DNA of 62,293 bases, filler included, from Stramenopiles sp. TOSAG23-2 (Eukaryota), in NCBI GenBank assembly GCA_900128395.1. It is 37 parts of 37 records of this genome, joined end to end, with 100 filler letters (N's around TTAATTAATTAA, not from the genome) between each part and the next. Parts side by side here need not be neighbours in the genome. Positions count along the whole stretch, not along the records: positions 12,149 to 13,152 come from LT654074.1; positions 13,253 to 14,256 come from LT654075.1; positions 14,357 to 15,359 come from LT654076.1; positions 15,460 to 16,462 come from LT654077.1; positions 16,563 to 17,565 come from LT654078.1; positions 17,666 to 18,668 come from LT654079.1; positions 18,769 to 19,771 come from LT654080.1; positions 19,872 to 20,874 come from LT654081.1; 29 more parts are not named here. One strand, given 5' to 3'. Within the stretch, counting starts at the first letter, position 1. Every line of letters starts with the position of its first letter. Positions 12,149 to 24,776 of this stretch are shown here, piece by piece. The translations under genes and the position numbers were made by a program. Under the pieces are notes generated by a model. That model searched no databases. It saw only the letters and a program-made list of their open reading frames with translations, and was not told where the DNA came from.

Positions 12149-12348
12149 TCTAACATCGTAAGAATTGTGTAAACAATATATTGCCCAGCAAAACCACCTG
12201 GTAATGTATCAATGAATGACAGGTTGACAATATTTACTTCAGCCATCGCTTGAGTAACATCAATATTGTTCATATTTTCCTTACTCTCATCGTCATTATT
12301 ATTATTATTATTACTATTATTATTATTAAGTGCAACTATACTTGCCAT
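12149..12348 (-). CDS. N-terminal fragment of an unknown poly-Asn/membrane protein
   Basis: ATG, poly-Asn tract and a hydrophobic segment running off the contig end. Confidence 0.5.
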
Positions 12349-12991
12349 CGTATATCTGCTATTTAATTTATTTAACTGCTGTTAATAAATATATATATAT
12401 TGGTTAAAAATTGGTTCTTATACACTATATTGTATAAACTACGTAGCTACCTTTTCTCTGGACACCATATAGATCTCCAGAGGCTAGTTTTTATTATGTA
12501 TTATATTATTGCAGCTATTATTATTATTATATGACTTTTTTCTTCTTCTTCAGGGAGAATTGTTAATGTTATGGCAAATTTTTGACACCCTGAAGGTGGT
12601 GTATTTTTAAGGGATTTCGTCTAACATTTTTGTGTTATTTATGGTTTTATGCTATCAATTATTTTTTCAGATCTAATAAAGTACGGACTTTCACCCCATT
12701 GTGTCTATGCTAGGACTTTTTTTTGCGCACCTGCTCGTTGATAAATCAACTCCCGACGGTGGCAAAAAATAAGCTAGCATGACACATGGGGATGAAATCC
12801 TAGCCAATTTTTTATAAGTTGGATCCAGTATTGGTAATGCGGCGCCGGGTTAAATATGCGGTACCATACTTGGATTTCATAAATCGTTTTGCACCGCCTT
12901 ATACAGTTCACTATTTACGGCTTGGGGTGATTTTTTGATTGTGCCACTTTCAGTGAAAATGCATTTCGTTGTTGTATGCATGACGACTTAA

Positions 12992-13152
12992 ATGTTTTCA
13001 GTACATATTGGTGGTCTTATGACCAATATTATGTTAGCACTACTAATGATAACTAGTGAAGCAGTACAAATATGGGATGGTGGTACAACCACAACCGTAT
13101 TTGGTGATAACGATTGTAAGCATTTAACGATGGCAACATCTCCGTATATAGC
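12992..13152 (+). CDS. N-terminal fragment with a signal-peptide-like start
   Basis: MTNIMLALLMITSEAVQIW..., truncated by the contig end. Confidence 0.35.
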
Positions 13153-13252
13153 NNNNNNNNNNNNNNNNNNNNNNNNNNNNNNNNNNNNNNNNNNNNTTAA
13201 TTAATTAANNNNNNNNNNNNNNNNNNNNNNNNNNNNNNNNNNNNNNNNNNNN

Positions 13253-14256
13253 TTTTACGGATGGAACTAAATCAACCATTCTGTTTGTACTAGTACTAGG
13301 TTCAGGCAATGCACCAAGTACTTCACAACATGCAGCACCAGCTGCACCACTTATTTTACCAATTAATGCCATATCATCTATTGTTTTTGGCATACCTAGA
13401 CGATGTACGGATGCTACCAATCCACCAAAAAAAGCATCACCAGCACCAGTTGCATCAATTTGATTTATACCCTCAAATCCTTCCACTTCAGTTGAAATCA
13501 TATTTCCATCATCATCAATAATTGCAAGACCACAACCACGTTTACCATCAGTAACTGCAACAAATTTTGGTGATGAAAATGTATTTAATAATTGTTCAGC
13601 AACTCCACCTAATGTGGAATCTAATTCTATACCAACTTCATCTGGATCGCATGATGTACCATTACTCTTTGCTACTGCAAGTAATTCACCAGCTGCCTCT
13701 AAAGTTGGTTTCATGACATCGCACGATTTGACACATTTTAAAAGTTCAGTTAAATTACCTAATGCTGCATCACCTACTGCTACAGATGGTGGCACATCAA
13801 CATCAAGAAAAGAAGATGCTCCAATATTATTTGATATATCAAGCATTTTTTGAACACCGGATAATGGCAACTGAGAAATTTCCGTTGTTGCAATTGTACA
13901 ATTATTTTCTAAAGCACTTTTAAAATGTTTTTCGAAAACCGATGTCATGAAACCAACTTTAGAGGCAGCTGGTGAATTACTTGCAGTAGCAAAGAGTAAT
14001 GGTACATCATTGTTGCAATTGTACAATTATTTTCTAAAGCACTTTTAAAATGTTTTTCGAAAACATCACCAGTTATTTCACCAGTAGATGCAGGTGCCAT
14101 TATGATAGCACGCTCTCCAGCTTTATCCAACAGAATATGCGACACAGAAGTTGCAAATTCATCACCGTGTTTTATATGTTCAATAGATACATTGATATCA
14201 GTTAATTTGTTGCGTATTGTATTTCCTAAATCATCATCACCTTGCTGGTTATATTG
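13253..14256 (-). CDS. PfkB/ribokinase-family carbohydrate kinase, interrupted by a chimeric insert at 13941-14064
   Basis: GDDDLGNTIR, ILLDKAGERAII, VAVTDGKRG and the signature IDATGAGDAFFGG. 13941-14010 is the reverse complement of 13651-13720, and 14011-14064 duplicates ~13887-13939. Confidence 0.88.
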
Positions 14257-14356
14257 NNNNNNNNNNNNNNNNNNNNNNNNNNNNNNNNNNNNNNNNNNNN
14301 TTAATTAATTAANNNNNNNNNNNNNNNNNNNNNNNNNNNNNNNNNNNNNNNNNNNN

Positions 14357-15359
14357 TGTCATTTCCGTTACAATTTCCCGTATTTGTCATTTTCGCGTTG
14401 AATTTTAAACTGCCATGCTCATAATAACACCCGTTTGGATCCGAACTTGCACCATCTTGATTGTCGTTGTACGCCGATGTATGCGGAAAATCTAATTGCG
14501 TAGCAGCAGTATTACATTCAGACATAGAAGTAATTGGAGTTGCACATTTTGAACTTGTTTGTCTTTCATAAGATACCAATAATCGCATTGTACTTGGACG
14601 TACACAACTTTCAAATTTTAATGCAGCAAAGGCACTACCAGTGGAAAATATTGTAACCACACCACTTGTCAATCCTGGATCAGTGCCTCCAAAACTACTA
14701 TTCCCCCATACTTTTACACTTCCATCTGATTTTAATGCAGCAAAGGCGTACGAATTGGAAAATATTGTAACTACACCACTTGTCAATCCTGGATCAGTGC
14801 CTCCGTAATTACTATCACCCCATACTTTTACACTTCCATCTGATTTTAATGCAGCAAAGGCGTACTTAGTGGAAAATATTGTAATCACACCACTTGTCAA
14901 TCCTGGATCAGCGCCTCCAGAAGTACTTTTCCCCCATGCTTTTACGCTTCCATCTGATTTTAATGCAGCAAAGGCTTTTCCAGTGGAAAATATTGCAACA
15001 ACACCACTTGTCAATCCTGGATCAGTGCCTCCCCAATCACTACGCCCCCATACTTTTACACTTCCATCTGATTTTAATGCAGCAAAGGCCCACCAATTGG
15101 AAAATATAGTAACTACACCACTTGTCAATCCTGGATCAGTGCCTCCATAAAGACTACTCCCCCATACTTTTACACTTCCATCTGATTTTAATGCAGCAAA
15201 GGCGTGCCCATTGGAAAATATAGTAACCACACCACTTGTCAATCCTGGATCAGTGCCTCCATAACTACTTTTCCCCCATGCTTTTACGCTTCCATCTGAT
15301 TTTAATGCAGCAAAGGCAGTACCAGTGTGAAATATTGCAACAACACCACTTGTCAATCT
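14357..15359 (-). CDS. RCC1/BLIP-II-like 38-aa tandem-repeat protein with a downstream Cys-rich module (fragment)
   Basis: About 6.5 copies of LTSGVVTIFSxxxAFAALKSDGSVKVWGxSxxGGTDPG at a 114-bp period, followed by CATPITSMSECNTAA...PNGCYY...NTGNC. Confidence 0.85.
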
Positions 15360-16146
15360 NNNNNNNNNNNNNNNNNNNNNNNNNNNNNNNNNNNNNNNNN
15401 NNNTTAATTAATTAANNNNNNNNNNNNNNNNNNNNNNNNNNNNNNNNNNNNNNNNNNNNGATGACGAAGAGGATGAAGAAGAAGATGTGAATATGCGTTG
15501 AGTCATGTGTAGTGATAGAGGAGGAAAAAGGATAGATTTGTGAAAAGGGGTGTGGTGTCTCTTTCTTAAAAGTTTTTTTTTTTCGAATAATATATATATC
15601 ATAATTACAAAAAAAACAACTTTCTCGTACTTATAAACTGTTTTCGTATACTAATGAGCTCCCTTCCTATTTGCTGCATTTAAACCCTATATTTAAATGG
15701 TGTGAGGACGTGAGGACCTTTGAACCAACAACCAACACAACACAAAAAGGAGGTTGATAAATATCCATTTTAAGGATGTGCCACACAAAATCCCAATGAT
15801 ATTCCCATACTAATGCGACACGTGGACTTAACGATCTTTGCAAATGACTTCATTAGAATAGCAGGTAAATACCACCGAAACTTATAGATATGACATTATA
15901 CATAAACAGAAACAAACACATGTGCAGACGAGATAAAAGAAGAGTGTACAGACGATAAATACTTTCTAGTTTTACGATCTCAACTAAATTTACTGATATT
16001 ATAGTCGTCTCTAGTTATTATTTAATATTTGTGAAAGTTTATAAATAATATAGATATATAGTTGATTCATTCACTTTTCGCATATTTGTATCAATAAAGA
16101 AAGTATAACCTTGAATACGTATATATTGCTTTTTCGTCTAACAAGA

Positions 16147-16462
16147 ATGGCATCGTTTACGTTAACAATTGATGAAAATGTTGTTTATTATATTTTGTTT
16201 ACAATCATTGTTGCAGTATTGATTAGTTATGTTATGAAAGAACAGGAAATGGCGAAGAAATTGAAACAGGAGATGGAGTTAAAATTAAAGGAGCAGCAGT
16301 TTGAGATAAAAGCGATGCAACAATTCGTGAATAATAATAATAAAAAGAAAATTGCTGCATATATTAAATGGGGAAAAGAATTTGATGGGAAGATGTCCGT
16401 GGATTTGAGTGGAAAGAATCTCACGGATGAGGATGCATTAGCTATTGGTGAATTATTAAAAA
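16147..16462 (+). CDS. N-terminal TM helix + coiled coil + start of ribonuclease-inhibitor-type LRR, 3'-truncated
   Basis: VVYYILFTIIVAVLISYVM, then an E/K/Q heptad stretch, then VDLSGKNLTDEDALAIGELLK. Confidence 0.7.
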
Positions 16463-16735
16463 NNNNNNNNNNNNNNNNNNNNNNNNNNNNNNNNNNNNNN
16501 NNNNNNTTAATTAATTAANNNNNNNNNNNNNNNNNNNNNNNNNNNNNNNNNNNNNNNNNNNNTTTAACATAATAAAATAAAAAAATTAATGCAGCGGCGC
16601 ATTAAAAATTTTAAAATATCTCTCTCTCTGATGGTGTGTTACACACACTCACACAGTCTAATTTTTAATCTCATTTTAATTTACATTTGAAAGGTGATAC
16701 ATTATATATGTACATGATGTACATATGAATTGTTG

Positions 16736-17550
16736 TTATATACTATCTCTTTGTTCACCTACTGCATGAATAATAACATCTTTATCATGTTTACGACGTC
16801 GACGTATCTTTTCCATTTGTAACATTTCAATTGTTTTCTCGGTATCGATTGATAAACGTTCTAATTCTTTTGAATCAATTTGTGTAATACATTGTTGTAC
16901 CATATTCGAATGTATATTATCAGTTGTATTTAATAAATTTCCACGTATTTTAGGCCAAATTTTAGTTGCAAAATCTTGTTCTTGTTTTTTTAAAAAAGGA
17001 GATGCAACAGAATCAAATAAGATCGTTGCACCATTTGATTGGGGGATTAACATGTACAATAAAACCATTAATTTCGCATAATCGTAAAATGGCAACCATG
17101 ATATAAATGGATCAATGGTTAAATCAAATAGTGTTAATAATGCATACATAACCCAATATTTCAACATATTTGGTGATATTTGTGGTTGTGTATTTTTAAC
17201 AATTTTAAATGTATTATATGCACCAGCTAATAGACCAAAGAAGCTATATTTTCATTTATTTTTTTTTGCGAGGGGGCAATTGTTGTATATATTTATTGTT
17301 AGTAAAATAAATGTTTTATATTACTATTTGTAATAACATAGTATATATATATATATATATATATATTTTAACTGAGTTTCAACATTTTCATAAACTAACT
17401 AAAAGGCGTCTTTTTATAGAAAAAATTGAACCTGAAAATCAAATTAAATGATGTTTTAATAGAAATATACACATTTTGTTTTGTAGAGGAGGGGGGGAGG
17501 ATGAAAACTTATACTTACGTCAATGCTCTTGTAACGATTAATACACCCAT
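16736..17550 (-). CDS. REEP/DP1/HVA22 (TB2/DP1) ER-shaping protein, two exons (17519-17550, 16736-17243)
   Basis: The spliced product MGVLIVTRALTFFGLLAGAYNTFKIV...KYWVMYALL...WLPFYDYAKL...PQSNGATILF matches the REEP1-4 pattern. Intron 17244-17518 has GTAAGT, TACTAAC (17298-17304) and TAG, and keeps the frame. Confidence 0.9.
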
Positions 17551-20500
17551 CTTGTTTTACAAATGNNNNNNNNNNNNNNNNNNNNNNNNNNNNNNNNNNN
17601 NNNNNNNNNTTAATTAATTAANNNNNNNNNNNNNNNNNNNNNNNNNNNNNNNNNNNNNNNNNNNNCATGATATACTTACCGATGATATACTTGAACTGGA
17701 ACAGATTTTTAAGAATACAAAGAATGTTTAAAGCGTTTGTTCATATTGTATAGCTAAGTGAAACCAAGGAGATATTGCATTTTGTTTGGAGAGTACAAAA
17801 AATTAAAAATGAAGAAGAGTGCATAGGATAAAACCAGTGCTGTGTAGACGCATCACTTTTTGGATATAATATTAATAAATGGACCCGATTATTATTATAT
17901 AGGCATTTATTAATTTTCCAAAATGATAATTTTAGCACACATCGGCTGAAAAATCTGGAAGAAAAATATTTGGACCTGCCCTGCTGGGCCTGCTAGATCC
18001 CTTGCATCAAACATTGTATTTATTAATAATTCGAATATTTATAATATAATATAATATAATATAATGTAATATATAATAATAATTTCAATAATAAGGTGAA
18101 TTAGAATAAAATAATATCAACAATCTAAATCATCTGGCAAAATCCATCATGGACCAGGTATTAATATACTTGTATTTTCTCAGCTAAACCCGTGGTGAAT
18201 TATTGCTGGATTGCCAGATTGCTCGATTGCCTGATGATTTATTATAGGATGATTGTTGTTGATGATGACCATTATTGATTTAAAAATAGTATTAAAAATA
18301 TTTATTATTTAAATATTATAATATATCGAAATATACAGATGTGTCAACACTTGAAACATAGATGTAATAATAAATATAATTATAAATTGCAATTGTGTTT
18401 TAATGTTATTGTAGATTATTGATTAAATAATAGAAAAACAACACATATACGCATAATTAAAGTATCGTGATATATATATATTATATTATATTATATTATA
18501 CATTACACTCAAACATGTGGAAATATAATAATAATGAGAAAATGATGATAGTATTACTACTTGTGATAAGTTGTTTGTTTGTTAATATGGTACCATCATG
18601 CCAATGTGTGTTCGCATCGACGAAACTAGCACCCCATGTATAACGATGAGGCTCCATGTGATAATTAGNNNNNNNNNNNNNNNNNNNNNNNNNNNNNNNN
18701 NNNNNNNNNNNNTTAATTAATTAANNNNNNNNNNNNNNNNNNNNNNNNNNNNNNNNNNNNNNNNNNNNTGTGATTATATTTGCTCTAATTTTTCTTTTCC
18801 CTCTTCTCTCTCTCTCTCTCTCTTTTTTTTTTAATATAATTCAATATATAATATCAATATTTTAGATCTATCTTTTTTTCTTTGATTGACTACTATGCAC
18901 ACAGTATTGTTGCTACCATGGTATTATGTGCTGGACGACTGATTGACTTCTGGACTTCTTTGATGATATTATACTACCACCCCGGTGGTACCAGGTATCT
19001 CCCAGATCTCACTGCAACACAGCATATCTTTTCTTCTCACTTTCACCATTTTAAGTAGTATTACCAAGTATACTAAATTTATACCAGTATTATTACTTTC
19101 TGTATATAAAATATATAAAATTTTTGAAATAAAACTATTTACTATCGAAAAATTACTTTTTGACAAAACTATCCGGCCTACCAAATATTTTAATTTGATC
19201 GGGATAAAGACCTGTCCGTAAACCTCAAGTACAAAAATACCTAATCTGGCCTATCAACTATCAATATATCAAACACTACAAAATAACATACTATAGTTTT
19301 AAGTACTCTAACAAAATCATGTAAATTAGACTACGAAATTTATACTACAATTATATAACTAGAATAACACCTCAAACATGAATATTTTTTTGCCAATTTT
19401 ATGAAAGCGTTTTAGTTTTCCATCAGCGAAGATTTTGTAAGTGATTTTACAATAAGTATATGGGCTGTAAGTATTCTAATAGCAGGCCTTAGCAGGGAAG
19501 AACGAAGGGAATCGAGTATATAATGTTTACGTTAGCCTGGTTAGCCCAATTAGAAATTTATTATACTTGTTACAATACTACAAATTCTACTGGGTACATC
19601 ATACAGATAGCATTGATTTTTTTTCACGGTTATTCTTGTCGTTTCCTATTAATTTTTTTCGTAATGCTATATCAATGCTAATTGTAGATGATTTGTTGAA
19701 GCGTTTTTCCTTCATCGCTTTCTCCGATTGTTGATATAGTTTTTTATTACAGGTAAATACCATTGACACGANNNNNNNNNNNNNNNNNNNNNNNNNNNNN
19801 NNNNNNNNNNNNNNNTTAATTAATTAANNNNNNNNNNNNNNNNNNNNNNNNNNNNNNNNNNNNNNNNNNNNGTAATATTTTTTTAGTTGATGTTATTATA
19901 CGTGTAAAGTGTTTAAGTTTGGAAAAGCAGTAGTTGTGAACTTTTCCTATCAAAATTAAAATAATAGTATACTAATAATGTACTTTCGCTTGAAAATGTT
20001 GAAATGTTGAAAAAAATGAAAAAAAACCATTTCGCGAAGTTTTATTAGATTTTTTCTTAATGCTATTTCATCGTAATTGTAGATTTGTAAAATGTATTGA
20101 TAAGCTAAGCCTAATGAATCCTATAATGTATAATGTTATTTCATCTTATATAGCTTCCCTATTTTTTTCAGCAGCCATAATGTCAACACTAATGTTTCCA
20201 CTTCGATTCAATGATTAACATGTAACACCATTAACAATCAGACAGAGGATTTTCAATTTAGTTATAGAAAATAAGATATAAATAGCATTCCAGAGCTCTA
20301 AATTTTCATTTTTACTTGAAACGCAAGCGGGCAAGCATTTGGCACATGCACCAAACTTACAAAATCTTAAAATCTTACAAGGCTGTGTATATACTAATTG
20401 CGTTTGAATAGGCAAATTGATCACCCATTAATATACGTTTAGTACATATATCGAATATTAAAATATCCATTTCCATTAAATATCAATTATACACTAATAA

Positions 20501-20825
20501 TACTTATAATTTATTTTTATAATTTCAATTAAATCCATAAATAGCACAATACAATAGTATTGGTTTATAATGTATATAATGATTCATTTTTATAATTTCC
20601 GGTATTTATTGTTTTAGATATAGCCAAATTACCACAGCACGATTGGACACACAGTGAAAACACACTAGCTACCGAAACCACACATTAATACTTATAGAAC
20701 AATTGAATATAGGATCCATTTGCATACGCAACAAACGGGAAGAAAAATACAAAACAAAAAACAAAGAAGGTATTTGAAACAAACAAATTTTAACACACAA
20801 AGCAAACGAAATATAATACAACATT

Positions 20826-20874
20826 ATGTCAAAAGCGCCAATTAAAGTTGTTGTCAGTGGAGCTGCTGGAAATA
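20826..20874 (+). CDS. MDH1: Start of cytosolic-type malate dehydrogenase
   Basis: MSKAPIKVVVSGAAGN matches the MDH Rossmann start (PIRVLVTGAAGQI). Only 16 codons are present before the contig end. Confidence 0.65.
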
Positions 20875-21413
20875 NNNNNNNNNNNNNNNNNNNNNNNNNN
20901 NNNNNNNNNNNNNNNNNNTTAATTAATTAANNNNNNNNNNNNNNNNNNNNNNNNNNNNNNNNNNNNNNNNNNNNGATAAATTTTTTGTAAATTTTGTTTT
21001 AAAAAAAAGGGCTTATTTCAGCCATAGTGCAACCCATTTTCCTTCAATTTCATTTTTAAGGTTGTAATAAATAAAACTATCATTGTGATATATACTTAAA
21101 TACTTGATTTTCCAATATACAGATTAAGATACTACAGAGAGAAATATAAAAATATATAAATAAAACAAGTTTTTATTAATAAAAAAGTATATTATTAATA
21201 TATTTATAGGATTTTTTATAGATTTAGCTGGTTAGATTTCGATTACTCCGGTCTATTATTTTCTATTATTTTATATTAATACAACAAGTTAAAGTTCTAT
21301 ATGCAAAGTCACCAATTAGTAAGTAATATATATTTAGTAGTTTTGTATAATCGATTTGCATTGCAGAAGGAGAGAGCATAACAATATAAATAATAAACAT
21401 AATACTTACAACA

Positions 21414-21977
21414 ATGACGGTTCCAACAACTATGGCATTATTATTTACACTCATCATGGGGATATTGATGCTACATAATAATAACATTGTAAATGCATCT
21501 TCGGAAGATTTAACATTTGAAGTATTTGAAGATTCCCTTGATTCCATGGCACAAGCATATTTGCCACATTTAAAATATAGTGCGATTATTCCAGGATATA
21601 CTACAACGATGGTAAAAAATATGTTACCTGGTGCGTATACAAAATGCCCTGATTGTAATTTAAGTAGTACTGTAACTTTTATTGCAGCACCAACCATATT
21701 GTTACTAGAAAATGGTGAAAATCATATACATGTAAGAAATGCAGTTGTTAATTTAACTGCCGTAGATGTTAATAATAATGAATATAGTCTATTATTATTA
21801 GATATAAACGGTACAGCAAATGCATTGTTTGGAAATGAAGCAATAGAAGGTCATATTCCAGTAAATATAAAGGTATTGAATACTTCTTCGGTTCTATTAG
21901 CTTCATATATTGGTGATTTACCAATATCGAAAGGTGGTATTTTAGATAAAATAGTTTTTGCCATTGCGTCTGGTAGT
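21414..21977 (+). CDS. Secreted protein, possibly BPI/LBP (TULIP) C-terminal-like, 3'-truncated
   Basis: Signal peptide (MALLFTLIMGILML), then LPGAYTKCPDCNL...FIAAPTILL and long beta strands reminiscent of BPI_C. Confidence 0.45.
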
Positions 21978-23222
21978 NNNNNNNNNNNNNNNNNNNNNNN
22001 NNNNNNNNNNNNNNNNNNNNNTTAATTAATTAANNNNNNNNNNNNNNNNNNNNNNNNNNNNNNNNNNNNNNNNNNNNTTTGCATTTAATCTATTTGGAAT
22101 TTAATTTTAGTTTATACGGATTTCCCAAAGTGTGCCTGGATTCCTGGATTGCAATTTTCGATGATTTAGAATTTAGAAGATATTTTAGATATCATATCAT
22201 ATTTTAAGATTTTTATGTACACACAATTTGAAGAATATATTATATTCTGTACAAAAAGTAATTAAAATGTTCTATAATTTTTTTTAAAAAACACAAATTT
22301 ACACCCTTACATTTTCTTTTGAACATGGAATAAACATACACTTGTTTCATTTTTAACAGCTTTCGCCCAGCCATTTACGAGAGCGTATAATTGTCAATGG
22401 CTGCTAATCACATCACTCCTAATAGTGATTTTTGATCAAAGCTCATCATTATTTTTTTTTATGAAGCCACATCACCATCTTGAAGTAGTCGGCGTCTTTT
22501 GTTTAAATGCACTAGGTGACGGGCAGTGCGATTTTACGTGTAATTCAAAAGAATGCAAGTACGATGAAGGTGATTGCTTGTACGAGTAAATATAGTTTAT
22601 TATATTTGAAAAGCAAAAAGAAAACACAGAAAAATAATATTAATATTATTTTCGCGGTGAAAACATCCCTTAAATTTTTTCCTGCAAAATCGGCCAAAAA
22701 ATATATATATTCCTATGTGTGATGGCTAGCTGTCCCTGAGTATCGCCATCTCACTCGATAGAATATTATTCTTGAGATTGAGTATAATATATTGAGCATA
22801 TTACTTATTTTTTACGAATAGCACGGGAAGTAAAATTATTACGAGCGTATAACTTATATATATGAGTAAGAGAACATTTTATATATACCTTTTCTATTTT
22901 ACCTTCTTTCTCAAATAATCTCACCGCTTGTAATCGTGTGTACTGATTATGTTTACATAATATGATATCTCATAAATTGTCCAAAGCAACATTTTATTAC
23001 AAATACAATACAAACGCAATACACACACACACACAAATTCATAGAGAAGGGATATAATATATATTCGTAAATAAACTTCNNNNNNNNNNNNNNNNNNNNN
23101 NNNNNNNNNNNNNNNNNNNNNNNTTAATTAATTAANNNNNNNNNNNNNNNNNNNNNNNNNNNNNNNNNNNNNNNNNNNNCCTTCCATCTGTACATATTCC
23201 TTGCTAAATAATGTTGCTTGCA

Positions 23223-24155
23223 TTAATCCATCTTCAACTGTTTTGGTGTCATGTATTTCTTTGCTTCTTGAAGTTCGCGTTTCATAAACCATAATGAACC
23301 TTGACCAGCACCTTTGGATGCTCTTGTTAATGCTGCTAGTTGATCTTCAGCAGCTTGGAATGCCTTTTCCGCTGCTTCTTTGGATTCTTTTGCAGCAGCA
23401 GCAGATTTATCTGCTTTTTTACGAGCTTTTTTTGCTTTTCTTACAGTTGCGCCTTGATTAATTTTCGCACGATCTAATGGTAATGGATCTTTAGCTTTTA
23501 ACATTGCTAATTCCTGTTTTGCACGGTTTCGTTTAACGATACCAAGATCCATGTTTGAACCAGTTGCTTCTAGGCTTGCACATTTATCATCATATGCTTT
23601 TTGTTGAGCATTAAGTTCGTCCAATGCAGCTTGTGCCTCTGCCTCACGTTTTGCTGCATTATCCGCATCTTTTGCTGCTTCATCTGCAGCTTGTGCAGCT
23701 GTTTGCGCTTTTGCCATTGCCATATCGACCTCTTGTTGAGCCTTTGTCAATGCTTTGCTGGACTCAGGATCGGACGTTTGTGGTGCGTTGACCAATGCTT
23801 TTACATCGCATTTGTAGTTGAATACAAAAAATTCTGATAGTGCAACATATTTATTAAAGTCAATATCAATGTCTTTCAGTTCTGTTCGCATTTGCGCTAC
23901 AGTTTTTGCACCTTCAGTTTTCTCAAGGAACTGATGTGCTTTGAATTCGTCTAATTCATTCCCATTTTCTCCTTTAGGATCCAATTTAATCATCAAGTTG
24001 CAGTACTCCCAAACTTTCTCACGGGCAGCTTCTTCAGCAAAATAATCAGCCCAAAAAGCATTCAAAAACCATACTGCTTGTTTTTTGTATGGTTTATTTG
24101 TCAACTTCTCAAACTTTTCAGCTGTATCGACACCCATTAATGCAATAGCAGACAT
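23223..24155 (-). CDS. Calcium-regulated actin-bundling protein (Dictyostelium ABP34-like; EF-hand + coiled coil)
   Basis: PYKKQAVWFLNAFW, DIDIDFNKYVALSEF and the C-terminal GSLWFMKRELQEAKKY parallel recalled ABP34 motifs (PFSQQAVHFLNAYW, DVNFDGRVSFLEY, GAIWWMNRDLEEKKKRY). Confidence 0.75.
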   Translation of the reverse strand: MSAIALMGVDTAEKFEKLTNKPYKKQAVWFLNAFWADYFAEEAAREKVWEYCNLMIKLDPKGENGNELDEFKAHQFLEKTEGAKTVAQMRTELKDIDIDFNKYVALSEFFVFNYKCDVKALVNAPQTSDPESSKALTKAQQEVDMAMAKAQTAAQAADEAAKDADNAAKREAEAQAALDELNAQQKAYDDKCASLEATGSNMDLGIVKRNRAKQELAMLKAKDPLPLDRAKINQGATVRKAKKARKKADKSAAAAKESKEAAEKAFQAAEDQLAALTRASKGAGQGSLWFMKRELQEAKKYMTPKQLKMD

Positions 24156-24776
24156 GTTGAACAACTATAATAAAATATAAANNNNNNNNNNNNNNNNNNN
24201 NNNNNNNNNNNNNNNNNNNNNNNNNTTAATTAATTAANNNNNNNNNNNNNNNNNNNNNNNNNNNNNNNNNNNNNNNNNNNNTCACAGCTCACAGCAATTT
24301 CGTCGATTGGAAGACGACTAAAATTACTAGTTTAGCAATTCCATCAAACATAAATTGGATAAAATAGATAGAAAAATAATATTTAAATAAGATATTATCA
24401 ATATTATAAACAATACCATACTATATCGGATATTTCTAATTTACCTCTTAAATACAATGGGGAGTGCGAGGAAGGATCGTCAAAAACAACAACAAAATAC
24501 GCTCAAAAGAAAACAGGGGAAATTTATCAAAATATATACATATACTGTATATCATCAAACAATCTGAATAGATCGATGTTACAAGAAAACATACAGACAC
24601 GACATCTATAGTAACTAACTTGTTTGTTTGAACAATATATATAATTAATATATTTTTGTAGCTTTACATAGCCAGATATAATATATAATATATATAATAT
24701 ATATATAATATATTTTTTTGTTGTGTGTGCAGACTCGTATTTGTTGATTTTTGATTTTTATTATTTTTTAATAAGC

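Noticed and set aside
13941-14064. Invertible or shufflon-like segment in the PfkB gene
   Set aside because: It is an exact inverted copy of nearby coding sequence flanked by a direct duplication, the typical MDA template-switch pattern; no recombinase sites are present.
14616-15359. Diversity-generating retroelement target
   Set aside because: Variation affects all four bases rather than adenines only, and no template repeat or reverse transcriptase is visible.
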